Positions 28,584 through 38,074 of a stretch of 64,000 nt of DNA are shown here, piece after piece (the stretch's first letter is position 1; every line of letters starts with the position of its first letter). The notes under the pieces were generated by a model that was not told the DNA's origin, ran no database searches, and saw only the letters and a list, made by a program, of their open reading frames with translations. The stretch is from assembly GCA_040397175.1 (NCBI GenBank), contig JBBAWM010000004.1, positions 11,586-75,585 on the forward strand, written 5' to 3'. The DNA comes from Candidatus Limnocylindrus sp. (lineage in GTDB: Bacteria; Chloroflexota; Limnocylindria; Limnocylindrales; Limnocylindraceae). Made by a program: the position numbers and the translations under genes.

Positions 28584-29876
28584 GTGAGCGGCGAACGCGT
28601 TCCTGAGATCGTTTCCATAAGTTCGGCGAATAAGCCGACGCAGGTCGAGATCGTGGGCGACCGCATTCGCATTGCCTCCCTCGAGGTCGTTGATCGCGCC
28701 CTCGCTGGATTCCTCGAGAGCCGCACCCCCGAGGACCGCGCCGAGACAGTCGAACGCGCAATGCGCGTTGGCCTGATGGCTCTCCAGAGCGCCAGTGGCT
28801 CCATTGATGTGGATCACGTTCGACGCGCCTTCGACAAGTTGCTCTCCGATGCCGGAGAGTCCAACAAGAAGGCGACTGCAGAGGTGGAAGAGATCCTGCG
28901 CAAGACCTTTGCCAACGAGGGTGGTGCCCTGCCTGCGACACTTGAGCGCTTCCTTGGCGACAAGGGGGAGCTCGCCCTCTTCACCAAGGACCTCTTCGAC
29001 GAGAACCGCCGCGACTCGGCACTCGGCAAGTTGAACACCATCCTTGGCACCTATTTTGATGGCGATGCGAGCAAGCTCGCCCATCTGCTCGATCCAACAC
29101 GCGAAGCGTCGCCACTCAGCGGATTCCGCGCCGAGATCGCCAAGCGCTTTGATGATGTGTTGCTCAAGATCGTCGAGCTCGATGCATCGCAAAAGGCGGC
29201 GAAGGGCGAGCGCAAGAGGGGCACGGCGAAGGGTGCCGACTTTGAGTCGCGCGTGATCGCCGAATTCACCGAACTGCTGCGCGCCACCAATGACGAGATC
29301 GAGGGGACGGGCGGCATCACTGGATCGGTCCCCGACTCGAAGAAGGGCGACGCGGTGATCACCATCAACGGCCGTGACGCCTCCGCAAGCGTTCTGCGCA
29401 TTGTGGTCGAAGTGAAAGACAAGGCGATGACCGGCCCGGCCATCGAGAAGGAGCTCGCCGAAGCGCGCGAGAATCGCAAGGCCGAAATCGCCCTCATGGT
29501 CTTTAGTGAGGCAGCCGCGCCTGCCGGCGCATCACCGTTCGTGATCAGCCGGCACGGCGTCTACTGCGTCGTGGATCCCGAGGCCCCCGATGTTGCCATC
29601 CTTGAGGCGGGATATCGACTCGCGCGCATCTCGGCGCTGATTCGCGCCAAGTCCGAGGGGAGCGGCGCCGACCTCTCCGCGGTCAAGGATGCGATCGACG
29701 CCCTGCGGAGCCGACTTGATTCGGTCAAGGAGATCAAGAAGACCCTCACCGCGATCGACTCCACCACAGAGAAGGCGCGCGACGAGCTTGATGCGCTCCG
29801 CGCCGCAATCGTCACCGAGATTGATCGCATCGAGGAGCAGGTTCGAGCGAGCAGCAGCGCGGCTCACGGACGGTGA
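28584..29876 (+). CDS. Coiled-coil protein with a PD-(D/E)xK nuclease-like domain (RmuC/DUF2130-like)
   Basis: KGADFE...KGDAVI...VVEVKD flanked by helical coiled-coil regions. Confidence 0.7.
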   Translation: MSGERVPEIVSISSANKPTQVEIVGDRIRIASLEVVDRALAGFLESRTPEDRAETVERAMRVGLMALQSASGSIDVDHVRRAFDKLLSDAGESNKKATAEVEEILRKTFANEGGALPATLERFLGDKGELALFTKDLFDENRRDSALGKLNTILGTYFDGDASKLAHLLDPTREASPLSGFRAEIAKRFDDVLLKIVELDASQKAAKGERKRGTAKGADFESRVIAEFTELLRATNDEIEGTGGITGSVPDSKKGDAVITINGRDASASVLRIVVEVKDKAMTGPAIEKELAEARENRKAEIALMVFSEAAAPAGASPFVISRHGVYCVVDPEAPDVAILEAGYRLARISALIRAKSEGSGADLSAVKDAIDALRSRLDSVKEIKKTLTAIDSTTEKARDELDALRAAIVTEIDRIEEQVRASSSAAHGR

Positions 29877-31186
29877 GTCGGGCGATCGCCGATTGGCGGC
29901 GCTTTCTCACCGGCCGCTACGCCGCCTTCCGCACCCTCGCGATCTCGGATGCGATCGCCGTTGCGCTGAACGGGGATAGCCTCTCGATCCCACTCGTCAC
30001 GACCCTCGGCGCATCGCCGGCGCTCGCCACGCTCATCGGACTCTTCCCCTTTATCGGCGGCATGCTGCAAGGGCTCATGCCAACGGCTCTACGCAAGAGT
30101 GGTGGCGACCTACGGCGCCTCACCCTCCTCATTGGAGCGGTAGGCCTCTTGCGCCCCATCCTCTATATCGCGGTTGTCATCGCCATTGCCGCCGGTCTCC
30201 TCCCGCCGCTCGCCGGCATTGGCCTCATCGCCATTGGATTCGGCGTCGGCGCCACGGCACAGGCGATTGCCGGCGCCAACGTGCAGACCTGGTTCGGCCG
30301 CATCCTTCCTGAGCGCGAGCGCCGCTTCGTTGCGCCGCGCGCCCTCGCCATTCAATTCGGACTCGGATCTGTACTGCTCGTTCCCGTCGCACTCCTTGTG
30401 CGCGTTGGCGAACAGGACTGGGGCGTCCTCATCTATGCGCCCGCATTCATCGGCGGACTCGTTGCGAGCCTGCTCTTCTTGCGCGCGCTGCGCGGACTCC
30501 CGAGACCTGGCGCCGTGTCGGCGGGCCGCGCATCAAGCGCGGGTCCACTCTCCACACCGGTGCGCCGCTTCATTCGCACCAACATCATCTCGGCCGTTGG
30601 CGCTGGATTCGCCCCTTACCTTTCGGTCTATGCAATCGTGGTGCTGAAGCAAGATGCGGCGTACGCCATCCTCATGTCGGCAATCGGCTCCGCCGCCGCA
30701 CTCGTCGGCGCCATCCTTATTGGGAATTGGTTGGAGCGCGGCTCGGCGAGTCGCCTCTATCGCATCTCCCTGATCGTGCGCGGCGTCGGCATGGCCTCAT
30801 CGATCTTCGCCGGTCCATGGAATCCGTATGCGCCACTTGTGCTCTTGATCGTCATCGTGGTGATCACGGTCGGGTTTGCCGCCGGCATCCTCTCGGCACA
30901 GGAGCGTGTCCTGCGACTCGCCGCCCCTGGTGAATCGATTCGCGCGCAGTCCGCCTACGGCGCCACCACCGCAGGGGCGCTCGCCGTCGGCCAGCTGGCC
31001 GGCGTGGTCGTGCTGGCCCTCCTTCCCGTCGCCTACCCCACCTATGTGGGCATCTTCATCGTCACGGGGGCCTTCCGCCTAGTGGCGGCGGCAACCGCCG
31101 ACGTGGGCGACGACTGGAATACGGCAACGCGCATCCACCATGGCGAAGAGTTGCCCCCCGAGCCTGCCTTCGAGTCACAGCGCTAG
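29873..31186 (+). CDS. MFS-like transporter
   Basis: About 12 hydrophobic segments in two halves; GTGA overlap with the upstream gene. Confidence 0.8.
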   Translation: MSRAIADWRRFLTGRYAAFRTLAISDAIAVALNGDSLSIPLVTTLGASPALATLIGLFPFIGGMLQGLMPTALRKSGGDLRRLTLLIGAVGLLRPILYIAVVIAIAAGLLPPLAGIGLIAIGFGVGATAQAIAGANVQTWFGRILPERERRFVAPRALAIQFGLGSVLLVPVALLVRVGEQDWGVLIYAPAFIGGLVASLLFLRALRGLPRPGAVSAGRASSAGPLSTPVRRFIRTNIISAVGAGFAPYLSVYAIVVLKQDAAYAILMSAIGSAAALVGAILIGNWLERGSASRLYRISLIVRGVGMASSIFAGPWNPYAPLVLLIVIVVITVGFAAGILSAQERVLRLAAPGESIRAQSAYGATTAGALAVGQLAGVVVLALLPVAYPTYVGIFIVTGAFRLVAAATADVGDDWNTATRIHHGEELPPEPAFESQR

Positions 31187-31273
31187 GCGCAGGGCTACAC
31201 TGCCCCCAACGCCTCCCCTCGAGGGGAGGCAAGAGCGTGCGAGCCGCCCGTGGCCCGCCTAAGGAGGGATGCG

Positions 31274-31516
31274 ATGCGCGTACCAGTAGAGATGCCCCGA
31301 CTCGGCTATGACAGCGAGGTTGGCAAGATCGGCGCCTGGACGGCGAAGGTCGGCGACACCGTGACCGCAGGCCAGCCAATCGGCGAGCTTGAGACCGAGA
31401 AGGCGACCGTCGAGTTCGAAGCCCCTACCGCGGGAACCCTTGTAGAGATCGTGCATGCCGCGGGTGCCGAAGTCGCCGTGGGTGCCGTGATCGCCTACGT
31501 CGAAGACGGCAAGTAA
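31274..31516 (+). CDS. Stand-alone lipoyl-domain protein
   Basis: MPRLG...KVGD.V...ELETEKATVEF...G.L; AAGGAGG RBS. Confidence 0.88.
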   Translation: MRVPVEMPRLGYDSEVGKIGAWTAKVGDTVTAGQPIGELETEKATVEFEAPTAGTLVEIVHAAGAEVAVGAVIAYVEDGK

Positions 31517-31529
31517 GCCGAACTCGCGC

Positions 31530-32222
31530 ATGCCGAAGCCAGGGCGAACCCCCGTTGAGTTCACACCAATGCGCACGGCGATCAGCCGTCGCATGGTGGA
31601 ATCCAAATCAAAGGCTCCGCACTTCTATGTCTCAACCGACATCGAGATGGATGCGGTCGTTGCCGCCAATGAGGCGCTGAACGCCGGACGCGCTGGGGAC
31701 GATCGCGTCACGCTCACTGCGTGGTTGGTGCGCGCACTCGCGCAATCGCTCGCCGCCTATCCCGCACTCAACGCGGTGTGGGAGGGCGAAGCGCTCGAGC
31801 GCTCCACGCCGATCAACATCGGCATCGCGATTGCGATTCCCGACGGCCTGGTTGCACCTGCACTCCTTGATTGCGCAGCTAAAGATCTCGCCACGATTTC
31901 AACGGAGCTGCGAGACCTGGTTGCGCGCACCAAGATTGGCAAGTTGCGCCCTGCCGAATTTACCGAGCAGACGTTCACCCTCTCCAACCTTGGCTCGTTC
32001 CCGGTGACGCAGTTCACCGCCATCGTCACGCCGCCGCAGGTAGCCATCTTGGCGACGGGTCGCAGCGAGTCTCGCGCCGTGGTGCGCGATGATGCAGTGG
32101 TGGCGCGCACGATGCTGACCGCAACGCTCTCTGCCGACCATCGCGCCGTTGATGGCGCACTCGTTGCCGCCTTCCTCGGAGACCTCAAGTCGCGACTCGA
32201 GGCGCCGGCCGGACTCGCCTGA
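31530..32222 (+). CDS. 2-oxo-acid dehydrogenase E2 catalytic (acyltransferase) domain only
   Basis: MR.AI.RRM.ESK..APHF, TFTLSNLG, PPQVAIL and SADHRAVDG motifs. Confidence 0.88.
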   Translation: MPKPGRTPVEFTPMRTAISRRMVESKSKAPHFYVSTDIEMDAVVAANEALNAGRAGDDRVTLTAWLVRALAQSLAAYPALNAVWEGEALERSTPINIGIAIAIPDGLVAPALLDCAAKDLATISTELRDLVARTKIGKLRPAEFTEQTFTLSNLGSFPVTQFTAIVTPPQVAILATGRSESRAVVRDDAVVARTMLTATLSADHRAVDGALVAAFLGDLKSRLEAPAGLA

Positions 32223-32227
32223 CGCAC

Positions 32228-32884
32228 ATGAGCAGTGGGCCACTCGGCGATCGCTCGAACTACACCCGCGGCACGCTGGATCGCGCCGATCTCAACAACG
32301 ATCCGCTGCAGCAGTTCCAGCGATGGGTTGACGAAGCGATCGCCCACGAGGTCCCAGAGCCGCTTGCCGCAGCCCTCGCCACTTCGAACGCCGCTGGTGA
32401 GCCGAGTGTCCGCATGGTGCTGATCCGCGGAATTGGTGCCGCCGGGCTGGACTTCTACACGAATCACCAGAGCCGCAAGGGTCGAGACCTCGCCGACCGT
32501 CCCGCCGCCGCCATGAGCATCTGGTGGGCTCAGCTGGAGCGACAGGTCCGGCTCTCGGGCTCGGTCGTGCGGCTGAATGATGCGGAGTCGCAGGCCTACC
32601 TCAACACCCGCCCCCGTGAGAGCCAGCTCGGCGCCTGGGCGAGCGCCCAGGGGGCCCCAATCGCCGACCGCGCGGCCCTGGAGCGGGCCTTGGCCGCCGC
32701 AGGGGGCGACCACGCCGCGGCCGCCGATTCGGCAATCCCACTCCCGCCCCACTGGGGTGGCTATCGAATCACGCCCGCCCGATGGGAGTTCTGGCAGGGG
32801 GGAGCGAACCGCCTCCACGACCGATTCGAATACCTGAGCGAGGCTGCAGATGGCCGCTGGGAGATTCGCCGCCTACAGCCCTAG
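32228..32884 (+). CDS. pdxH: Pyridoxamine 5'-phosphate oxidase
   Basis: RMVL, FYTN..SRKG, RQVR, RPRESQLGAWAS and EFWQGG.NRLHDR motifs. Confidence 0.95.
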   Translation: MSSGPLGDRSNYTRGTLDRADLNNDPLQQFQRWVDEAIAHEVPEPLAAALATSNAAGEPSVRMVLIRGIGAAGLDFYTNHQSRKGRDLADRPAAAMSIWWAQLERQVRLSGSVVRLNDAESQAYLNTRPRESQLGAWASAQGAPIADRAALERALAAAGGDHAAAADSAIPLPPHWGGYRITPARWEFWQGGANRLHDRFEYLSEAADGRWEIRRLQP

Positions 32885-33047
32885 CCGGAAACAGGGCCCC
32901 CTCCGCTCTCTGTGGCGCCAAGCCCAAGACCACCTTTGTGCGCCGGGGCTGGTAGAGGCTCCGCACGATCAGATACACTCCCGCCCAAGCGCAGATTGCG
33001 CTTAAAAGCGAAGAGATCCCCTCGGGGGTCAAAATTAAGGAGGAATC

Positions 33048-34802
33048 ATGCGGAAGAAGTCCCTTCTCGCGACCCTCGCCCTCAGTGCGGCGATGGTTGC
33101 AGGGGCATGCGGCGGCGGCGCTAGCATCGTTGGTTCGTACGCCCCGGGCTCCGGCGGCGCGACGGGCGGAACGTTGCTTGTTGGCGACTATCAGGACGTC
33201 GACAGCTTGAACCCGTTCTACTACTCCACAGTCATGTCTGCCAACGTGATGGCAACCGTCTATGACGGTCTTGTCACGGTGACAAACGAAGCGAAGTATG
33301 TGCCGTGGATGGCCACGGAGATCCCTTCGATTGCCAACAAGGGCGTTGTGGTCCCTGGCACCGGCGGTGATGCAATGACCGTAACGTGGCACCTTCGCTC
33401 GGGCCTCAAGTGGTCCGACGGCGTTGCCATCACCTGCGCGGACGTGGCCTATACCCACGATTGGATCTTGAATCCAAAAAACCCGCTGAACACCACCGGG
33501 ACCAAGGAGATCTCCAAGGTCGACTGCCCGGATGACACGACGATCGTCTTGCACTATTCGGAGCTCTACTCCGCGGTGTATGGCGGCGTGTCGATCGCAC
33601 CAAAGCACTACTTTGAGCAGTTCACAATCGGTGACGGCAATGCCGCAACCGACATGGTCCAGGGTGCGGGTTACCGACCTGAGGACCTGAAGAACGTCCC
33701 AACCTCGGGACCATTCAAGTTCGAGAGCCGCACCGAGGGTGTCGAGACCGTCATGGTCCGAAACCCAGAGTGGAAGCACCCATACACTGGCAAGGCGGCA
33801 AACCTTGACAGCATCAAGTACGTCGTTTGCGGCGATCCAGACACGTGTATCGCGAAGTATCGCAACGGCGAGCTCGATGTCGTTACCGACCTCGACCAGA
33901 ACGCGAAGGCCGTGACGGCAGATCTCGGCAAGAACCAGCGCGTGCAGCCAGTCTTCACGTACGAGTTCTTGCGTCCGAACAATTCGGCAAACGACTGCTC
34001 GATCAATGCAGATATCCTGGCCGAGCGTAATGGCGGCTGCCCAGCGTCTGACCCTGCAATCCGCAAGGCCATCTCGCAGGCAACCGACAAGAAGGCAATC
34101 TTGGCCCGCGTCCTTGGTGGCGCTGGCGAAGTTGCGAACTCGAGCGTGACGCCACTCGCCTGGTTCTACAAGGACCCAGGTGCATCGAAGTTTGACCTTG
34201 TTGCTGCGGCGAAGACGCTCGCAGACGCCGGTTGGAAGGACACAAATGCAAACGGCACCGTCGACAAGGACGGCGTTGAGGCAGTTCTCGACTTCTGCAC
34301 GACCAAGAAGGCCGTGCGCAAGTCGGTGATCTCCTACATTGCAAGTGACCTCGCCAAAATCGGTATCAAGGCTGTATACGATGCAGTCTCGGGTGGTGTG
34401 TTGTTTGCGCCGTGGACCGATTCAACGGAAACCGACGCTTGTAACCTCTCACGCGGTACGTTTGACGTAGGGCTGCACGCATACTCCTCGGGCATCGAGG
34501 CAGTGTCGCTCTACGGGGTGTACCACTCCTCGAAGTTTGAGCCAGATGGTCAGAATGACGCCAAGATCAGCGATCCAAAGTTGGACGCCGCCTTGGAAGG
34601 TGTCAAGACCAATGTTGACTTGGACAAGATCAAGGCGGCCGCCGCGTCGGTCCAGCAGATCCTGTCTGATTCAACGGCAGAGATTCCGCTCTACTACTGG
34701 CTCGGAATCGAGCTGGTGAGCGACAAGGTCATTGGGTTCGTCCAGAACCCAACGCAGGCCGGCCCGCTCTGGAACGCGGGTGAGATCTCGCTGACCCAGT
34801 AA
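33048..34802 (+). CDS. oppA: Peptide/nickel ABC transporter substrate-binding lipoprotein (SBP family 5)
   Basis: Lipobox VAGAC; LRSGLKWSDG..IT..DV family-5 signature; TAAGGAGG RBS. Confidence 0.9.
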   Translation: MRKKSLLATLALSAAMVAGACGGGASIVGSYAPGSGGATGGTLLVGDYQDVDSLNPFYYSTVMSANVMATVYDGLVTVTNEAKYVPWMATEIPSIANKGVVVPGTGGDAMTVTWHLRSGLKWSDGVAITCADVAYTHDWILNPKNPLNTTGTKEISKVDCPDDTTIVLHYSELYSAVYGGVSIAPKHYFEQFTIGDGNAATDMVQGAGYRPEDLKNVPTSGPFKFESRTEGVETVMVRNPEWKHPYTGKAANLDSIKYVVCGDPDTCIAKYRNGELDVVTDLDQNAKAVTADLGKNQRVQPVFTYEFLRPNNSANDCSINADILAERNGGCPASDPAIRKAISQATDKKAILARVLGGAGEVANSSVTPLAWFYKDPGASKFDLVAAAKTLADAGWKDTNANGTVDKDGVEAVLDFCTTKKAVRKSVISYIASDLAKIGIKAVYDAVSGGVLFAPWTDSTETDACNLSRGTFDVGLHAYSSGIEAVSLYGVYHSSKFEPDGQNDAKISDPKLDAALEGVKTNVDLDKIKAAAASVQQILSDSTAEIPLYYWLGIELVSDKVIGFVQNPTQAGPLWNAGEISLTQ

Positions 34803-34808
34803 GTTCTA

Positions 34809-34868
34809 CCGCTCCGACATACGTCGGAGCGGCAAAAAAGGCGGGGCCTTCGGGCCCCGCCTTTTTTT
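34809..34868 (+). terminator. Tandem hairpins ending in a bidirectional intrinsic terminator after oppA
   Basis: CCGCTCCGAC-ATAC-GTCGGAGCGG, then A6-GGCGGGGCC-TTCG-GGCCCCGCC-T7. Confidence 0.9.
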
Positions 34869-34995
34869 ATGCCCCGTGGAAGAGGGGGGGCCACGAAGCG
34901 CGGGGCGGGGCGCCGCCGGGCGAACTCCCCTGTGCCTCGGGCGCCCGGTATCAGGTACGATTCGGCAACGCTCGGGGGGCGAGAAAGGGGCAGGC

Positions 34996-36090
34996 ATGTT
35001 GAAGTTCATTGTTCGCCGCGTCGTAGTCAGCCTCGGCATCCTCCTTGGTGCAACCGTCCTCATCTATGCCCTACTCCTCGCAGCCCCTGGTGGCCCAGCC
35101 CAGAAATATGCGGGGAACCCCAAGTACACACCAGAGCAGGCCGCCGCCTACGTGAAGGCGCTCGGTCTCGATAAGCCGATTCCGGTGCAGTACTGCCGTT
35201 GGCTCGGGGCCTGCCGCCGTGATCGCGACGGAATCGATGCGCTACTTGGGCCAACTGGGCTTCCGGCAATCTTGCCCACCGGGCTGAGCGGCGTCGACAC
35301 TGGGATCGCGCACGGTGATTTTGGGTATTCCTATGAGAGCGGCTCGCCCGTGATCGAGCGGCTCGGTCACGCGTTGCTACCAACTTTTATCCTTGCGCTC
35401 ATCGCCTCGGTCATCTGGCTCTCGCTCGCCGTTCTCCTGGGCGTCGCCACGGCACTCCGGAACGGAACAAAGTTTGACCATATCGTGAGCATCGTCACCT
35501 ACGTCATGAATTCGTTCCCCACCTTCATCTTGGGCTTCTGGCTGATCTGGATCTTTGCCGTCACGCTGCACCTCACTCCGGTGAGCGGCATGTCGGACGC
35601 GCGCCTCTCCCCCGCGTTCGGCAGTGACGCGTACTGGACCTACGTCTCCGCGAATCCTGGAACCGCGCTCCTGGATCTTGGGCGACATCTCATTCTGCCA
35701 GTCGTTACCCTGGTAACCATCAGCATCGCCGGCGACTCGCGCTACGTGCGCCAGAGCGTCATCGAGTCGATGGGCATGGAGCATGTCCGTACGGCACGCT
35801 CCAAGGGGCTGAGCGCGCGGCGCATCAACATTCGGCACATCCTTCGTACCGGTCTCATTCCGTTTGCGACCAATATCGGTCTCGCATTCCCGTTCTTGGT
35901 CTCAGGCGCGCTCGTCACCGAGACGATCTTTAGCTGGCCAGGTGTCGGGCGACTCACCGTTACCGCTATCGGCACCCTCGACTACCCCGTGTTGATGGCC
36001 GTGCTGACGGTTGGTGCCGTTGCCGTCTCTGTCGGCAACCTCATCTCTGACCTGCTCTACGCGATCCTTGATCCGCGGGTGCGCCTGTGA
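34996..36090 (+). CDS. oppB: Peptide ABC transporter permease
   Basis: LGLDKP, GDFGYS, RTARSKGL, ETIFSWPGVG and LYAILDPRV motifs. Confidence 0.92.
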   Translation: MLKFIVRRVVVSLGILLGATVLIYALLLAAPGGPAQKYAGNPKYTPEQAAAYVKALGLDKPIPVQYCRWLGACRRDRDGIDALLGPTGLPAILPTGLSGVDTGIAHGDFGYSYESGSPVIERLGHALLPTFILALIASVIWLSLAVLLGVATALRNGTKFDHIVSIVTYVMNSFPTFILGFWLIWIFAVTLHLTPVSGMSDARLSPAFGSDAYWTYVSANPGTALLDLGRHLILPVVTLVTISIAGDSRYVRQSVIESMGMEHVRTARSKGLSARRINIRHILRTGLIPFATNIGLAFPFLVSGALVTETIFSWPGVGRLTVTAIGTLDYPVLMAVLTVGAVAVSVGNLISDLLYAILDPRVRL

Positions 36091-37049
36091 GCAGCCTGTT
36101 GCGATCACTCCGAACGATTTTCGCGCCGAAGCGCACAGCGCGGCGCGCTCCGCAGCGGGCGATCGATGGCGGAATCTCGGAGAGCCCGTGGGGCCAGGCC
36201 CGGCGTCGCTTCTTCTCGGGGCGCATGGGCCCACTCGGCCTAGCCTTACTGGTGGCCATCTTCCTCTTCGTGATCATTGGTTCCATCGTCCTGCCGTTCG
36301 ACTTCTATCACGTTCCGCAGCCAGACGAGATCAATTTCGTCGGTCGCGGCCCAGCGTGGGGTCGGCCCTTTGGTGAGACGGGGCTCCTCCAGCTTGACGT
36401 ATTAACCCTCGTCGTCAATGGCGGCAAGACGTCGCTAGCAATTGGATTCTTTACCGCAATCGGCAGCATCACACTGGGTACCCTCATCGGCGTGGTAGCG
36501 GGAACCCTCGGCGGAAAGGTCGACAGCGCGCTCATGCGCCTCGCCGATATCTTCCTGATGATCCCAACGATCTTTGTGATCCTCGTATTGGCACGCATCT
36601 TGCAGGGGGCACACGGCGGTGGCATTTGGACGCTGATCTTCGTATTCGTCGTCTTTGGTTGGATGGGGCTCGCGCGACTGGTACGCGGGCAGGTGCTTGC
36701 GATCCGCGAGATGGAATTCGTCGAGGCCGCACGCGCCCTTGGGGTGCGCCCACTCCGTATCGCCGTACGGCACATCCTGCCCAACGCCATTGGCCCAGTC
36801 GTCGTCTCTGCGCCATTCATCGTGGGCGGCGCCATCATTAGTGAAGCCTTCATTAGCTACCTCGGCTTCGGCGTCGATGGGGCGACGCCAACCTGGGGGA
36901 ACGTGCTCTCCGAATCGGCAAAGTTCCTCCAGCAGGGGAACTGGTGGTGGATCGGCTTCCCCGGACTCTTCATCGTGCTGACCTCACTCTCCATCAACAT
37001 GATCGGCGACGCGCTACGCAGCGCGCTTGACCCTCGAGGTGCAAAGTGA
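36087..37049 (+). CDS. oppC: Peptide ABC transporter permease
   Basis: EFVEAARALG (EAA loop), RHILPN, SYLGFG, PTWG and GDALR.ALDP motifs. Confidence 0.92.
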   Translation: MSSLLRSLRTIFAPKRTARRAPQRAIDGGISESPWGQARRRFFSGRMGPLGLALLVAIFLFVIIGSIVLPFDFYHVPQPDEINFVGRGPAWGRPFGETGLLQLDVLTLVVNGGKTSLAIGFFTAIGSITLGTLIGVVAGTLGGKVDSALMRLADIFLMIPTIFVILVLARILQGAHGGGIWTLIFVFVVFGWMGLARLVRGQVLAIREMEFVEAARALGVRPLRIAVRHILPNAIGPVVVSAPFIVGGAIISEAFISYLGFGVDGATPTWGNVLSESAKFLQQGNWWWIGFPGLFIVLTSLSINMIGDALRSALDPRGAK

Positions 37050-38074
37050 AGCGCGCCCCACAGGGAGCGGTCATCGAGGTACGAGACCTCAACGTCTCCT
37101 TTGCGAGCGCCGCTGGCACCGTCAAGGTGGTGGAGGGTGTCTCGTTCCACATCAATAAGGGCGAATGCCTCGCAATCGTTGGTGAATCTGGGTCGGGGAA
37201 GAGCGTTTCAGCGCTTGCCACGATCGGCCTCCTGGTGAAGGAGCAGGCCACCGTCACGGGTTCGGTGAAATTCCGCGGTGACGAGCTGCTAGGAAAGCCA
37301 GAGTCCTACATGCGCAAGGTTCGAGGCGGCGGGATCTCGATGATCTTCCAGGAGCCGCTCTCGGCACTGAATCCAGTGCTCACCATCGGCGAGCAGATCG
37401 CTGAGGGGATCGTTGCGCATGGCCGCGGCGACTGGAAGGCTGCCCACCTCAAGGCGGTGGAGTATCTGGAGTCTGTCGAGATCGCCCAGGCTGCACGCCG
37501 GGCCAAGCAGTATCCGCACGAGCTCTCGGGTGGGATGCGCCAACGCGCCATGATCGCCATGGCCCTCGCTGGCGACCCAGAGCTGATCATTGCGGACGAG
37601 CCGACGACCGCCCTCGACGTCACGATCCAGGCGCAGGTGCTGGAGCTCCTGCGCCGCGCGACGCGCGAGCGCGGGACGGCGCTCCTGTTGATCACCCACG
37701 ACCTTGGAGTCGTGGCAGAGACCGCTGACCGCGTGGCCGTGATGTACGCGGGTCAGATCATTGAGGAGGGGCCCGCGGCGGCCGTCATTCGAGCCCCCGC
37801 GAGCCCATATGCGCTTGATCTTGTCGCCTCCATTCCGTCATACGATCGCCGTGGCAAGGGCCTCTCGACAATTGAGGGGATGGTGCCGTCGCCAGCAAAC
37901 TTCCCGAGTGGCTGCCGCTTCCATCCTCGTTGCCGATTCGCCGTTGCCGCCTGCAGCGCCGCGGTGCCACCGCTCGCGCCGCGCGGCGCATCCCGCTCGG
38001 TGCGCTGCTTCCGTGTCGACGAAATCGCCAAGGGCGCTCGACCAACAGCGAAGCGTAAGGGGGGCAGCAAGTGA
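37046..38074 (+). CDS. oppD: Peptide ABC transporter ATP-binding protein
   Basis: VGESGSGKS, YPHELSGGMRQR, DEPTTALD and GCRFHPRC motifs. Confidence 0.94.
   Translation: MKRAPQGAVIEVRDLNVSFASAAGTVKVVEGVSFHINKGECLAIVGESGSGKSVSALATIGLLVKEQATVTGSVKFRGDELLGKPESYMRKVRGGGISMIFQEPLSALNPVLTIGEQIAEGIVAHGRGDWKAAHLKAVEYLESVEIAQAARRAKQYPHELSGGMRQRAMIAMALAGDPELIIADEPTTALDVTIQAQVLELLRRATRERGTALLLITHDLGVVAETADRVAVMYAGQIIEEGPAAAVIRAPASPYALDLVASIPSYDRRGKGLSTIEGMVPSPANFPSGCRFHPRCRFAVAACSAAVPPLAPRGASRSVRCFRVDEIAKGARPTAKRKGGSK

Noticed and set aside
28581-28586. In-frame stop-start abutments (also 8463-8468, 15852-15857 and 58406-58411) as stop-codon read-through or Pyl recoding
   Set aside because: Both TAG and TAA occur, the recognisable flanking proteins are full length, and no pyl or sel genes are seen; translational coupling explains it
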